DNA of 64,000 bases from Syntrophobacterales bacterium (GTDB taxonomy: Bacteria; Desulfobacterota; Desulfobaccia; Desulfobaccales; 0-14-0-80-60-11). Within the stretch, counting starts at the first letter, position 1. Each line of letters opens with the position of its first letter. Location: positions 645 to 64,644 of the forward strand of contig JAGVAH010000048.1 in NCBI GenBank assembly GCA_020060385.1, in the 5' to 3' direction. This document shows positions 35,368 through 47,500 of the stretch, piece by piece. The position numbers and the translations under genes are program-made. A model generated the notes under the pieces. That model was not told where the DNA came from. It made no database searches and worked only from the letters and a program-made list of their open reading frames with translations.

Positions 35368-36141
35368 TCAGGACAGCCTCTGGCCGATAAACGCCGCGCC
35401 GATTGCGCCCCTGACTTGCGGATTGTCAGCCACAAAGACCTTCATTCCCAGCGCTTCCTCAAGCGCCCTGACCACGCCGCGGTTCAAGGCAACTCCTCCA
35501 CTCATTCCCAGAGGGCCGCTGATGCCCACAGTCCTGAGCAGCGAGATAGCCCGTGTGGCTATCGAGTTGTGGACCGCCTTGACGATATCCGGAATCGGCG
35601 TCCCCACGGCCACCAGTGACACCACCTCCGTCTCGGCAAACACCGTGCAGGTGCTGCTGATACGCACGGTGTTCTGGGAAAGCGCGGACACCTCCCCGAG
35701 GTCCGTAAGCTCCAGCCCCATAGCCTTCGCCGTAACCTCCAGAAATCTGCCGCAACCCGCGGCGCACTTGTCATTCATGGCGAAGGATTCCACATTCCCA
35801 GCCTCATCGATCCGAATAGCCTTGCTGTCCTGGCCGCCAATTTCCAGGATGGTTCTTATCTCCGGATTCAGGAGGTGCATCCCTATTGCATGGCAGGTAA
35901 TCTCGGAGATGTGTTTGTCGGCAAAGGGAACGTTCTCCCTCCCGTAGCCGGTGGTCACCACAAAGCCTATGTCATTGCGCGTCAGCCCTGCCTTGCCGAG
36001 CACATTCTCATAGGTCAATTCCGTGGCGGTCCGATTGCTGCCGCCGGTCAAAACGAGATCGAAGCCGATAACCTCCCAAGTCTCGTTCATGAGAGCAGCT
36101 TTTGTTGACAAAGAACCGACGTCAATACCTGCAGTGATCAC
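35368..36141 (-). CDS. BcrAD/BadFG-family ATPase: activator (archerase) of 2-hydroxyacyl-CoA dehydratase (HgdC/HadI/FldI type)
   Basis: MITAGIDVGSLSTKAALM (ASKHA phosphate-1). Bridging-cluster cysteines in CAAGCGRFLE and ISSTCTVFAE. GTG start after AAGGAGAG. Confidence 0.85.
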   Translation of the reverse strand: MITAGIDVGSLSTKAALMNETWEVIGFDLVLTGGSNRTATELTYENVLGKAGLTRNDIGFVVTTGYGRENVPFADKHISEITCHAIGMHLLNPEIRTILEIGGQDSKAIRIDEAGNVESFAMNDKCAAGCGRFLEVTAKAMGLELTDLGEVSALSQNTVRISSTCTVFAETEVVSLVAVGTPIPDIVKAVHNSIATRAISLLRTVGISGPLGMSGGVALNRGVVRALEEALGMKVFVADNPQVRGAIGAAFIGQRLS

Positions 36142-36164
36142 CTCACGACTCTCCTTCCTCAGGC

Positions 36165-37382
36165 TTATTGCATGAGTTCCAAGAACGCGTCGACGCGGTT
36201 CTTGATATGGTTGAACGTATAGTTGTTCCTATCAACCAGGTCGATATTGATGGTCAGATACTTCAGCTTCCTGCTCGCCGCCAGATCCCTGAGCATAGGG
36301 TTGATTCCCATCATGTTCCTGCATCCCCACACGTTCGAGATCACAAACCCCTCAATGCCAAACGTTTCGCACATCCGTAACGTGTCCACCCGCATCCTCT
36401 CGGCATTCCAATGGTAGAGTATCGCTCTATGGGCCATGCTCCGCAGCGGCTCGTCCTCATCGAGAACCAATGCGTTCGCCTCCCATAGTGGTGCCCAATA
36501 GACGATGTCGACCACGCGGTTCATATATTGCAGCAGTTCGTGGGACTCCTCCGGTGCTTGACCTATCCACATTACCCGCTTGCCTTTTTTCTCCTCGCCT
36601 TTTGCCAGCTCCAGGGCCTCCTCGAACAACACTTTGCATATCTGCGCATTCTGCTTGGCGCCGAAGTAATTCATCCCAAATATCTCATGCAGTTCTCGAG
36701 AGACTCCAGCAAGCTTGTGGGTTTCCAGAAGTCGAATAGTCTCCGAGAAGTATTCCCGCGCCTGGTTGGAGTGTTCTACCGCGGCGCGCAATGAATCCGG
36801 GGCGAGTTCCACCCCGAACTCACCTTCCAGCTGCGATATCAAATATTGCATCTGCTTGACGAGATACCTCAGGGAGTCTTCATCGATCGTATCCGGCGTA
36901 TGCAATGGCAAAATCGGCACGCTATAGCGCTTCCCTGATATATAAATCAGCTTCGACAGCCCCTCGCAGGGTTGGTTGTTGGTCAAGACGACGTTGGGGC
37001 GCGGATAGCAATTTGCCAGCATCATGCCGTAAGGTCCCCGCAGGAAAGAACATATGTCCCTCGATAGATTCTGCTCTTCGGTCAGTTGCAGGATCCGGTT
37101 CACATCCGCAGATTGGGCCAGCATGTTCGACATCGACTCAATGTTCCAAGGGATGGCCTCAAAGGCAAAGGCAATCTCTGTGGGAAATTGCTCGGAGACA
37201 TACGCCACCCGCGACCGCTCCTTATAAGCCTCCACCAGTCGATGACAGTTGACGATGGAACGCATCCGCGAGGCCCTGAGTTGGGGGCCGTCTATCTCGG
37301 CATCGGGGCGAAGATCGCCGATCAGCCTAAGAAGGTTCTGATACTGAACGCTGCGCCTCTGTCCGTTTCTCTCTTGTTCCAA
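36165..37382 (-). CDS. 2-hydroxyacyl-CoA dehydratase D-component subunit (HgdA/HadB/FldB-like)
   Basis: The HGD-D family architecture is recognisable (AYVSEQFPTEIAFAFEAIPWNI, DICSFLRG, VWGCRNMMG). It lies adjacent to the second subunit and the activator. TTG start after GAGGTGGA. Confidence 0.65.
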   Translation of the reverse strand: MEQERNGQRRSVQYQNLLRLIGDLRPDAEIDGPQLRASRMRSIVNCHRLVEAYKERSRVAYVSEQFPTEIAFAFEAIPWNIESMSNMLAQSADVNRILQLTEEQNLSRDICSFLRGPYGMMLANCYPRPNVVLTNNQPCEGLSKLIYISGKRYSVPILPLHTPDTIDEDSLRYLVKQMQYLISQLEGEFGVELAPDSLRAAVEHSNQAREYFSETIRLLETHKLAGVSRELHEIFGMNYFGAKQNAQICKVLFEEALELAKGEEKKGKRVMWIGQAPEESHELLQYMNRVVDIVYWAPLWEANALVLDEDEPLRSMAHRAILYHWNAERMRVDTLRMCETFGIEGFVISNVWGCRNMMGINPMLRDLAASRKLKYLTINIDLVDRNNYTFNHIKNRVDAFLELMQ

Positions 37383-37391
37383 GTGTCCACC

Positions 37392-38525
37392 TCAAAACAT
37401 CCGGGATTCCAGAAATGTCTGTATCCGGGTCCTGATGCTGGCAAGGTTCGTGACGTTGCGCTCCGATTCGATAGACAAGACCGGGATTTTCGCCTCCCGC
37501 AGTCGCTCCAATACATAAGGGTAGTCGTGCAGGTTTGTGTCGCAGAATTTAATGGAGTAATAGATGACCGAATCGACCTGGTACTCTTGCACCAGATCTA
37601 GGATGTGCTGAATTCTGACATCAATCTCCAGCCTGCGGGCGCTGGTATACTTCTCCAGATAGTAATCGGCGATGGCGGTGACGGGCTCCGCGTCCGGATC
37701 GATCTGTCCTTCGAAATACTTGACTCCGTTGCTGATGTCCTCGCAGACCAGAGCGGCGCCCCCATTCTCAATGGCGTCGATGATGCCCTGTTGATCGAAG
37801 TAACTGCCGCAGATCATCACCCGGTGACCCTTCCGGGGGGCGGGCGGCGGCTCCGCCGCCGCCAGCGCCTCGAGCAGCGCCGACATTTTCCTGTTGAAAT
37901 GCTCCTTCAATCCCGTGGTGGCAGCCTTGACCACCTGTATCGACTCCCCCCCGGTCAGAACCTGTCGTCCTCCCTTCTTGTACCGGTAGAGCCGTTGCAT
38001 GAGCGTCCTCGACCGGTTGCAGATGTCGATGGCCTCTCGCAGCGCCTCCTCGGAGATCTTGCGCCCATACCGGTGTTCCATTTCGGTGATCAACTTTCGC
38101 AGCCGCTGGGCGAAATACTCCTTGGAGATGGCGCTCACATAGCAAGGAAGATCCAGAAAATAGGTCGTCATGGACGGGATATCCCGGGTCCATGCCTCCC
38201 AGAGCTTCTTTCTCATGTCGCAGGCGTCGGCGAAGATGACCCCATCGGCGAAATCGTAGACGCCGGCCAGCCCTTCGCTAAAGCAACTCAGCAGGTAGGA
38301 ACAATAGTTATTGCCGAGACGGGCGCAGGCATCGGTGGCGCTCGACTCCAATTCGCCCGTGATTCGCAAAGGGATCAGGCCCGCGGCCAGGAAGATCTCC
38401 TCTGGTGTTTGGATCGACACCCAACCGATCTTCGGGCTGTCCGCCGCTTTCCAAAGATCGAAGCGGTTCCGGTACAGATCCACAATACCTCGGATCGCCT
38501 GCCGTATCGTGTCTTCCCCCCTCAT
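37392..38525 (-). CDS. 2-hydroxyacyl-CoA dehydratase D-component subunit (HgdB/HadC/FldC-like)
   Basis: True start ATG at 38525 (MRGEDTIRQ...), overlapping the NRPS stop as ATGA. Motifs KIGWVSIQTPEEIFLAAGLIPLRI, NYCSYLLSCF and YYSIKFCDTNLHDYP. Confidence 0.65.
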   Translation of the reverse strand: MRGEDTIRQAIRGIVDLYRNRFDLWKAADSPKIGWVSIQTPEEIFLAAGLIPLRITGELESSATDACARLGNNYCSYLLSCFSEGLAGVYDFADGVIFADACDMRKKLWEAWTRDIPSMTTYFLDLPCYVSAISKEYFAQRLRKLITEMEHRYGRKISEEALREAIDICNRSRTLMQRLYRYKKGGRQVLTGGESIQVVKAATTGLKEHFNRKMSALLEALAAAEPPPAPRKGHRVMICGSYFDQQGIIDAIENGGAALVCEDISNGVKYFEGQIDPDAEPVTAIADYYLEKYTSARRLEIDVRIQHILDLVQEYQVDSVIYYSIKFCDTNLHDYPYVLERLREAKIPVLSIESERNVTNLASIRTRIQTFLESRMF

Positions 38526-41500
38526 GCAACCTCCGGGGCCATTTCCACCGAGGTGAGAGGCCGGAATTGGCCCCACAGAGTCTCGGACAGGTAATGGGAA
38601 ATGCTCGATATCGTCGGCGCCATGGACACCAAGCAAACGCTCGGCGCGATGCCAAAGGCGCTGTTGATTTGGACCATCAGATTCGCCGCCCCCAAGGAGG
38701 TCAGGCCGAGATCGAAGAGGTTGGCCTCCATCCCTACGGGCCCTACGCCCAACAGCTCCTCGACCATCGATGCCACCTTCTTGGCGATGGCCGCTGGCGG
38801 CACCGCGATTTCCTCGCGGTCCGCCGGCCTCTCGGGCATCGGCAGCCACTCGTATTGCACTGGGCCCCCCGCTGCCCGCGGTATCATGCCCACCTGTATG
38901 TAGTTGTCCGGGATCATATAGCCCGGCAACCATCGCCCCAGATGCAGCTTCACCTCTTCCACGAATAACTGCGGCACCGCAGGTACGCCGCCCCCCAGAA
39001 CCAGGAAGGCGACGAGGCGCTCCCGGTGCTGGACCTCATCGTCGAAGACGACTACCGCGTCCTCGATGCCGGGGTGGGATCTGAGACGCCCCTCGATCTC
39101 GGCAAGGCTGACTCGGTGGCCATCGATGCTCACCTCGTCGGGGCGACCCGTCAACTCGATACGGCCGTCAGGGAGCCACCGGGCCCAAACCCCTGTCCGG
39201 TACATCCTGCTGCCGGCAGCATACGGATTCATGGTGAATCCAGGCGCGGTTTCGTCCCCGCGGTCCCAATACCCCCTGGCCAGGCCGGCGCCGCCCACGC
39301 ACAGCTCCCCCGTGACGCCGATGGGCAGTAGGCCGCCGTCGTGGCCGAGGATGTAGACTTCCGAGTTCGTTATCGGTTTGCCGATAATGCCCCCCGCACC
39401 ATCCCCATTCACGGGGCAGCAGGTCGTTACTTCCGTATTTTCCGCGTGACCAAAGCATTTAACGAATTCGTATGAGCCCTTGCGCGCAGGGCTAACGTTG
39501 CGTCCGGAGGTAATCAACACCCGGAGCGCGGTATTCTCTGCTGGGGCCAAGTGATGGCAAAGGGGAGCAGGCAACCAGGCAATGGTCACGCGGCTCTGCG
39601 CCAAATACTGGTCAAGCGACTTGGCGTCGCGCCCGGCGCCTTCGGTAAGGATGCCAATGGACGCGCCCGCGGCCAGGAACGGAAATACCTCAAAGATGGT
39701 GGCGTTCGCGGTAAGATCTCCGTACTTGGCGCTGCGATCGTCGGGACTCACCGCGAAGCGTTCGGTATGCCACCGGCAGCGGTCGAACAAGGACCTGTGC
39801 TCGATCATCACCCCTTTCCAGGCGCCTGTGGGCTTGGCAACATAACTCACGTAAGCTAGCCCTCCAGCGTCTCGGAGAGGCTCGAGGTTCGAGCCATTGG
39901 GGTCGTAGTTCTTCTCATCTCCCAGGTCCACGAATGGTGTGGTGAAAGGAGTTATTTCGGCGGCGGCATGGCCCAGGACGAGCCTGGCGCCGCTTGCCGC
40001 CAAAAGCCGCTCGATACGCGGCCAGGGATAGCCCTGGCTCAACGGCAGGTATGCGGCCCCCGTTTTTAAAACCGCGAGGAGCCCCATGATCATCTCGAAG
40101 GAGGGCCGCACCATGACGCCAACGATGTCCCCTGCTCCGATCCCCTGCCTGCGCAGATACCGCGCCAACTGGTTGGCGCGCCGGTTCAGCTCACCATACG
40201 TCATGCTCTTATCGTCTAAGACCAGGGCCACCCGGTCGGGAGACTGCTCCGCTTGCCCCTCGAAGGCCGAAACCACATTTTCGCCACCGGCGCGCTCCAC
40301 CACCCCGCCGTTGAACCCGCAGAGAATCCTCTCCTTTTCGGGCTTGGTCAGGACTTCAATCTGACCCAACTCCCTGCCCGGCTCTGTTATCACTTGTTTG
40401 AGAACCTGAAGGTAATTTGCAGCCAGGCGTTTGGCGGTGCTCCGCCGGAAGAGGTCGGTGTTGTATTCCATTTCGAACTCAAGCTTTCCGTCCGTCTCCA
40501 CCGCCCCCAAGGCCAAGTCGAACTTCGCTACCGGGTAGCCTACGTCCATCTCCCGGACGGTCAACCCGGGCATCTCCAGGGCGCTGAAGGATTGATCCTG
40601 CACGACAAACACCGTGTTGAAGAGAGGCTGGCCACCGCTTCTCAGCATGTGGCCCAGCATCATCCCCCACAGCTGGTACTCCTGGCATTCCAAGGCCCCG
40701 CGGACGGCCGTCCTCACCTGCGCCAGGTACTGGTCGAAACGGAGCCGGGACTGCGGCCGACTCCTGACCAGGTGCGTGCTCACGAACATACCCACCACCT
40801 TCTGGACCTCAGCGATGTACCTGCCGGCGGTGGGCACGGCGACGATTATGTCCTCCTGGCGGCTATATTTCGATAACAGCACCCCGTACGCCGCCAGGAG
40901 GGCCATGAACAGCGTTACCTCGTGCTCGGCACAGAAAGTCTTCAGTGCACTTTGCACCCATGGCTCCGTCTCGAAGGTAATCCTGGTGCCGGCAGACGAG
41001 AAGTTCTGGGGACGCGGAAAGTCCGTATCCAGTCGCGGCAAAGGAGGCGGGTCCTCGAGGACGCTCAGCCAGTATTTCTCCTTCTCGCGAAACGGTTCGC
41101 TCTGCAGATGCTCACCAATCCACTCCGCAAAATCCTTAAAGGTCACCCCGGGCTCCGGCAGCTCTTCGCCCGCATAGAGCGCGGCCATCTCCTCAAACAA
41201 GATCCCCATGGAGGTGCCGTCGCTTACCAGGTGGTGCATGTCCATCAACAGCACCTGGCGGCCGGGTCCCAGGGGCACCAGGGCCGCCCGCAGCAGCGGC
41301 GCCACTCCCAGATCAAAGGGGCGAATGAAATCGCGAGCCACTTCCTCGATCTCGTCTTCGCCGCATCCCTCCAGGACACTGATGGCGAAATCGACCCTGG
41401 GGCTCACCCATTGCCTGGGCTGACCGCCCACCGTCCTGAACGACGTCCTCAACGTCTCATGGCGATGGATCAGTTGCCGAAAGGCGTTTTCCAACCTGGG

Positions 41501-44500
41501 GACGTCCAGATCGCCGTGGAGTTCGAAGGCCGTGGGCAGGTTATATTCCACACCCTTTCTGGAGGAGCAAAGGGCATACAATAAGGCCTGGGTCGGGGTG
41601 ACCGAGTAGTGCACCCGGCTTTCTGCGGCCTGGAGCACCATAGATTCGTGTTTGGTGACGTTTTCAAAGCAGCGGGCCAGCAAGGCGAGGGATTGGTTAT
41701 CGAACACGGCCCCTAAAGGGACACTCGCGTCAAACTCCCTGTTCGCCTTGGCCAGCATTATCGTGGCCCGCAGGGAATCGCCTCCGATTTCAAAGAAGCG
41801 ATCGTGGATGCCGATTTTTTTCCGGTCCAACACACTGCGCCAGATCTCGGCCAGTCTTTTCTCCGTGTCACTTCGAGGCGCTACATAACCTTGCCCCACC
41901 CCCAGGCTTGCTTCCGGGTTCGGTAACCTTGTGGTGTCGATCTTGCCCCGGGGGTTCAGAGGAATTGCATCGACGGTGAGCAGGAAGGCCGGTACCATGT
42001 AATCGGGGAGATGCCTGGCGAGGTGGGCTCTGAGCTCGGCCAGCTGCGCCGCCTCCCGCCAGACAATATAGGCGCAGAGGAACTTATTGTTCTCTTTATC
42101 CTCCCGGGGAACCACCACCGCATCCTGCACCGCTTCATGAGCGAGGATCGCCCCTTCGATCTCCCGCAACTCCGTCCGGCATCCCCGGATCTTGACCTGA
42201 TTGTCCGTCCGCCCGATGAACTCGAGGCTGCCGTCCGGAAGCCACTTGGCCACGTCGCCGGTGCGGTACATTCTCTCGCCCGGCACAAAGGGATCGGCCG
42301 CGAACTTCTCCGCCGTCCGCAGGGCGTCATTAAGATAACCGCGGGCCAAGCCCACACCGGCAATGCATAGCTCGCCCGGGGCCCCAATGGGCACCACTTC
42401 ATTGGCTTTCCCCAGCAGGTACACCCGCGTATTGGCCACCGGCTTGCCGATGGGTATCCTCTCCTCCTCGATTCGCACCGTGCAGCTGGTGGCGACGACC
42501 GTATCCTCCGTGGGCCCATAGTTATTCACCACCTGGTAACTCTTTGGCCTGAGGCGACGCAGGCGGTCACCGCCGGTCAGCAGCGTGCGCAAAGACTTGT
42601 TGTCCAACTCCATAAACAATTCGCACACCTGCGTCGGCAGGAAACAGATGGTGATGCCCTTCTCTTCGAAATAGCGATTGAGCCGGGGCAGGTCCAGCCG
42701 CATCGCCTCTTTGATCACATGGAGAGCGGCTCCTGCCTGCAGATAAGGGAAAATTTCCCAAACAGAGGCGTCGAAACTAAAGAGGGCGTACTTCGTGGCC
42801 CGATCGGCGGCGGTTACCCCGAAGGTGTTGATATGCCAGGCGCACAGGTTGTTCACGGAGTGATGCTCGATCATGACCCCTTTCGGCGCTCCGGTCGTCC
42901 CCGAGGTGTAAATCACATACGCCAGATCCCGGCCATATACTGCGTGTGCGAGATTCGAGTCGTCACCCCCATAGAGTCCGGGGTCGCCCAGGTCCAGAAC
43001 GAGCCGTGATGCATCTCTCCACTTGGCGCCGCCAGCCTCGAGGACGATCTGCGCGCCACTATCCTTAAGCATGGTCCGCACTCTATCTTCGGGACAATCG
43101 GGATCGATGGGCAGGAAGGCACACCCCGCTTTCAGAATAGCCAGTATGCCGACGATCATCTCGAGCGACGGTCCGGCGATGATGCCCACGACTTCTTCCC
43201 GGGCAACTCCCTTGCTCACCAGGGCGCGCGCGACCTGATTGGCGCGTCCATTGATCTCCAGGTAGGAGAGGGACAAATTTCCGTAAACAACGGCAACGTT
43301 GTCAGGGTTCTTGTCGACTTGCTCTTCGAAGATCTCGTGAATGCTCCGCTGGGCCGGGTAGCCGCTGGCGGAGGGATTGAAGCCGATGAGAATCTCCCGC
43401 CGCTCCTCCTCGGTGAGCGGATCGAGGTCGGCTATTTTACGGTCGGGGTGATGGACGATCTGCTCCAGGATATTTCTGTAGTGCAGGCTGAGCCGCTCCA
43501 TGGTGTCCTTACGGAATAGCTTGGCGCAGTATTCCAGTTCGAAATCAAGTCTCTCTTCCCCCTCGGCGGCCAACAGGGTCAGGTCGAACTTCGAGATCTT
43601 CCACTCGAAGTTGAGCCGCTTGACGGTCAGCCCATCTATTTCGAACTTCTCGCTGCCCTCGTCCAGGGAGGCGAACACCGTGTCGAAGAGCGGATTCCTG
43701 CTGAGATTTCTGTCCAGCATCAGCTTATCCACGAGTTCCTCGAACTGGTATTCCTGATTGGCGTAGGCATCGAGCGCATTGCTCCTCACCAGGCGGAGGA
43801 ACTCCCGGAAGGTGAGCTCGCCCCTCGGCTGATTGCGCATCGCCAGGGTATTGACGAACATGCCCACGACTCTTTCCAGCGACGGCTCATTCCGTCCCAC
43901 CACTGGCGTGCCCACGATAATGTCTTCCTGGCCTGCGTATTTCGACAAGAGAACCGTGTAGGCAGCCAACAAAATCATATGCATGGTCGCCCCGCAGTCC
44001 CGGCAGATCGCTCGAAGACCCTCCACGGTCGGGGTGTCGGCCTGGAAGGTCACCAGGCCGCCCTCGAAGGACTGCACCGCCTGGCGCGGGTAGTCTGTGG
44101 CCAGGTTGAGAACCGGCAGTTCACCTGCGAATAACTCTGTCCAGTAGGCTCCCTGCGCCAGCACCGCTTCGCTTTGGGAGCGGGCCCGTTGCCAGGCCGC
44201 GTAGTCCTTGTATTGGATCGCCGGCGGTTCGAGGGTTTGCCTCCGGTAGAGCGAGCAGAGTTCATCGAGTATGATCTCCACGGAAATCCCGTCCGAGACG
44301 ATATGGTGCATATCGACGATGAGCGAGTGCACCGACTCTCCGGACTTGACGATCGCAGCCCTTATGAGCGGTGCTTTACTCAAGTCGAAGGGGCGCACGA
44401 ACCGCTCGATTTCCTGCTGAATCGCCGCCTCACCAGTCGAGGAAATGTACTCGAAGGCAAAGTCCGGACACTGATGCACCTTCTGGACGATCCTTTCGTC

Positions 44501-47500
44501 AACCAGGGCGAAGGACGTTCTGAGAGGCTCGTGTCTCGCTATAAGTGCGCCAAATGCTTGCTCCCACCGCTCAGCGTCAAAGGGCCCCGTGATCTCCATC
44601 GCCCAGGGGACGTTATACTGGACATCCGCGGGCGCCAGTTGATTCAGGATGTAGAGCCGTTCCTGAGCCGACGACACCGGGTAGTACTCCCGCTCGCCCA
44701 CCGGCTCTATCAGAACCGGCGAATCCTCCCCGGTGAGTTCGACCCGGGCCGCCAGTTTCCGAATAGTTGGCTGCGCGAATACGTCCCGCAAGGAGATGCT
44801 CGCCTTAAGCTCCCGGTTGGCCCTCCCGGTCATGAAAATCGCCTTCAGGGACTGCCCGCCGAGCTCGAAAAAGTTGTCGTCGATGCCCACTCTCCCGACT
44901 CCCAGAACCTGTTCCCAGATCCGGGCCATCACAGTCTCTGTCTTGGACCTGGGAGCCGTGTATGTATGAGAACTGACGATGAGCGCCAGCGGGTCCGGCA
45001 ACTCCTTCTTATCGAGCTTCCCCCCCCGGGCGATGGCAAAGCGCCGCAGCGGCACGAACCAGGCCGGGATCATGTATGGCGGGAGATACTCTGCCAGCCC
45101 AGCCCGCAACTCCGTGGCCGGGATTTCACCATCTGCGACGAAGTAGGCGCAGAGACAGGTATCCCCGGCGGCGTCCACCCTAGTGGTCACGAGGGCTTCT
45201 TTGATCTGCGGAAAGCGGAGCAAACTGGCTTCGATCTCCCCCAGTTCGATCCGGAAGCCCCGGATTTTTACCTGATCGTCGTTCCGTCCCAGATACTCGA
45301 TGTTTCCATCCGGCAGCGTTCGGGCCAGGTCGCCGGTTTTGTACATGCGCAGAGGCGTTGGCCCTATGCGGTTCATGACAAAGCGCTCATCCGTAAGGAG
45401 GGGATTGTTCAGATAGCCTCTTGCCAGGCAGACCCCGGCGACGCACAGCTCTCCCGTCACTCCCTCGGGCACCGGGTGGCCGTATTGGTCCAGCAAGTAG
45501 ATGCCGGTATTGTCAATGGCCTGGCCGATGGGGACGGACAGGGCTGTATCGGTCCGGGGCTCGTACTTATGAATCATGCAGCCAACAGTGGCTTCTGTAG
45601 GCCCGTATTCGTTGAATATCTCAATCCGGCCCCCGAAACTCGCGTGAATCTTGGCGGCCAGACTCGTTTTCAGGTCCTCCCCGCCCACAATGATCTTTCG
45701 AAGCCTGCTCCCGTTCCGGTCAAGTTCTCCATCCACTGCGCCCAAAAGACTCAGATGCGTCGGCGTGAGCTTGATCAACTCCACCTGGTTGTCCCTGATG
45801 ATGTCCTCGATCAGGGCCACGGCATCGTCGAGCCGATAGATGACGATGCGGTTGCCCGACACCAAGGGCACGAAGATCGACGTCACCGTGAGATCCACCG
45901 ACAAGGGTGAATGCAGCGCAAAGGAGATTTTCTCCTGGCCCACGTAAGTCTTCGTGGCCCAGGTAATATAATTGGCAAGAGCGCCGTGGGACACCATCAC
46001 TCCCTTCGGGGTGCCGGTGGAGCCGGAGGTATAGATGACGTAAGCCAAGTCCTGGGAGTCGATGGCTGGCAGCGCCGGCAACTCCTCCACTGCGGACCAC
46101 GCCTCTTTATCCAGCTGCATGATTGCCAGGCCAGGCCAGGCGAAGGGTCCCGGGTCGCCTGCTATTAATAACGCGGCCATGCGTGCATCCGCGGCGATCT
46201 TTCGAAACCTCTCCCCGGGAGTCGTCGGATCCAGGGGCAGGTACGCCGCGCCGAGCTTGAGCACCCCCAGAATGGCGATAATCATCTCGAATGACGGCGG
46301 GGCCACCAGACCCACAAGATCGCCCCGGTCTACCCCCTGCTCCCGGAGTCTTTGAACCAGGGCGTTCGATCGCCTGTCCAGCTCGCCGTAGCTCAGGGTC
46401 TCTCCCCTGGACGAGAGTGCCGGTGCGGCCGGGGCTTTCCGAGCCTGGGCCCGGAAGAGATCCGCGACGTTGTTGGGGCTCGCCGCGTTAGGGACTGGCG
46501 GAAGGACCAGACGCTGTCTCTCCCGGGCGGTCAAGATGTTGATATCAGATAGTTTGACGCGGGGATCGGCGGCAATTTCTTCGAGAATGTTCAGATAGTG
46601 ACCAGACAGTCTCTCAATCGTCTGCCGTCGGAAAAGGTCCGTGCGGTACTCGAATTCCAGCACGAATCGTTGATCTGGCCCCTCGATCTGCGTCAGACTG
46701 AGCTCGAACTTGGAAATCTGATAGTCGAGTTCGTAAAGGCTGAAGTCGACTCCTCCGTGGCGGCTAACTCCCCCATCGTAGGAGAGTGCGCCGAACATCG
46801 TGTCAAACAGGGGGTTCCGGCCCAGGTCCCGGGGCGGGTTGATCCTGTCCACCAAGTCTTCGAATTGGTAGTCCTGGTGTTCAAAGGCGTTCAGGCATTC
46901 CCCCCGCACCTGCTTGAGGTACTCCACAAACTCCAACTCGCCTTGGGGTTGACTCCTCAAGAGTAGCGTGTTGACGAATAAGCCGACCACTCCTTGAAAT
47001 TCCTCGGCTCGCCTCCCGGCCACCAAAGTGCCGACAATGATGTCCTCCTGACCGGCATACTTCGACAGTAAAATGTTGTAGGCCGAGAGCAAGAGCATAA
47101 ACATCGAGGTGCGGTTCTTCACTGCCAGGGATCGCAGGGCGGCAGTGAGCTCCTTGCCGGGACGCACAAACACGCGGTCTCCTGCCTGGGATTGATCCCG
47201 TTTCCGGAGATAGTCCGTCGGCAGGTTCAACACGTGCCTTCCGTCCAGCAGCTGCAGCCAGTAATCCTCTTGTTTCCTGGCCTCCGCCGTCTTGGCGAAG
47301 CGTCTCTGCCAGAGCGCAAAATCCTGGTACTGGCGCTGCAACTCTGGCAGACTCTGCCCCCCGTAGAGCCGGCCCAGCTCGTCAAGCAGGATGTCGACGG
47401 AGACAGCGTCGCAAATGATGTGGTGCAGGTCCAGCAAGAGAACGTGTTCAGCCTTCTCCAGCCGGACCAGGCAGGTACGCAATAGCGGCGCGCGGTGCAG

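Noticed and set aside
38526-38933. 136-codon N-terminal extension of the dehydratase subunit ORF (ORF-track start at 38933)
   Set aside because: The extension overlaps the C-terminus of the NRPS in another frame and is G/R-rich nonsense. The family-typical sequence begins at MRGEDTIRQ (ATG 38525), which forms an ATGA overlap with the NRPS stop.
44174-45910. 578-aa plus-strand ORF inside the NRPS region, with others at 37605-38594, 49083-50252 and 50361-51401
   Set aside because: All are antisense to genes with unambiguous NRPS or dehydratase motifs. The translations are R/G/P/H-rich without domains.
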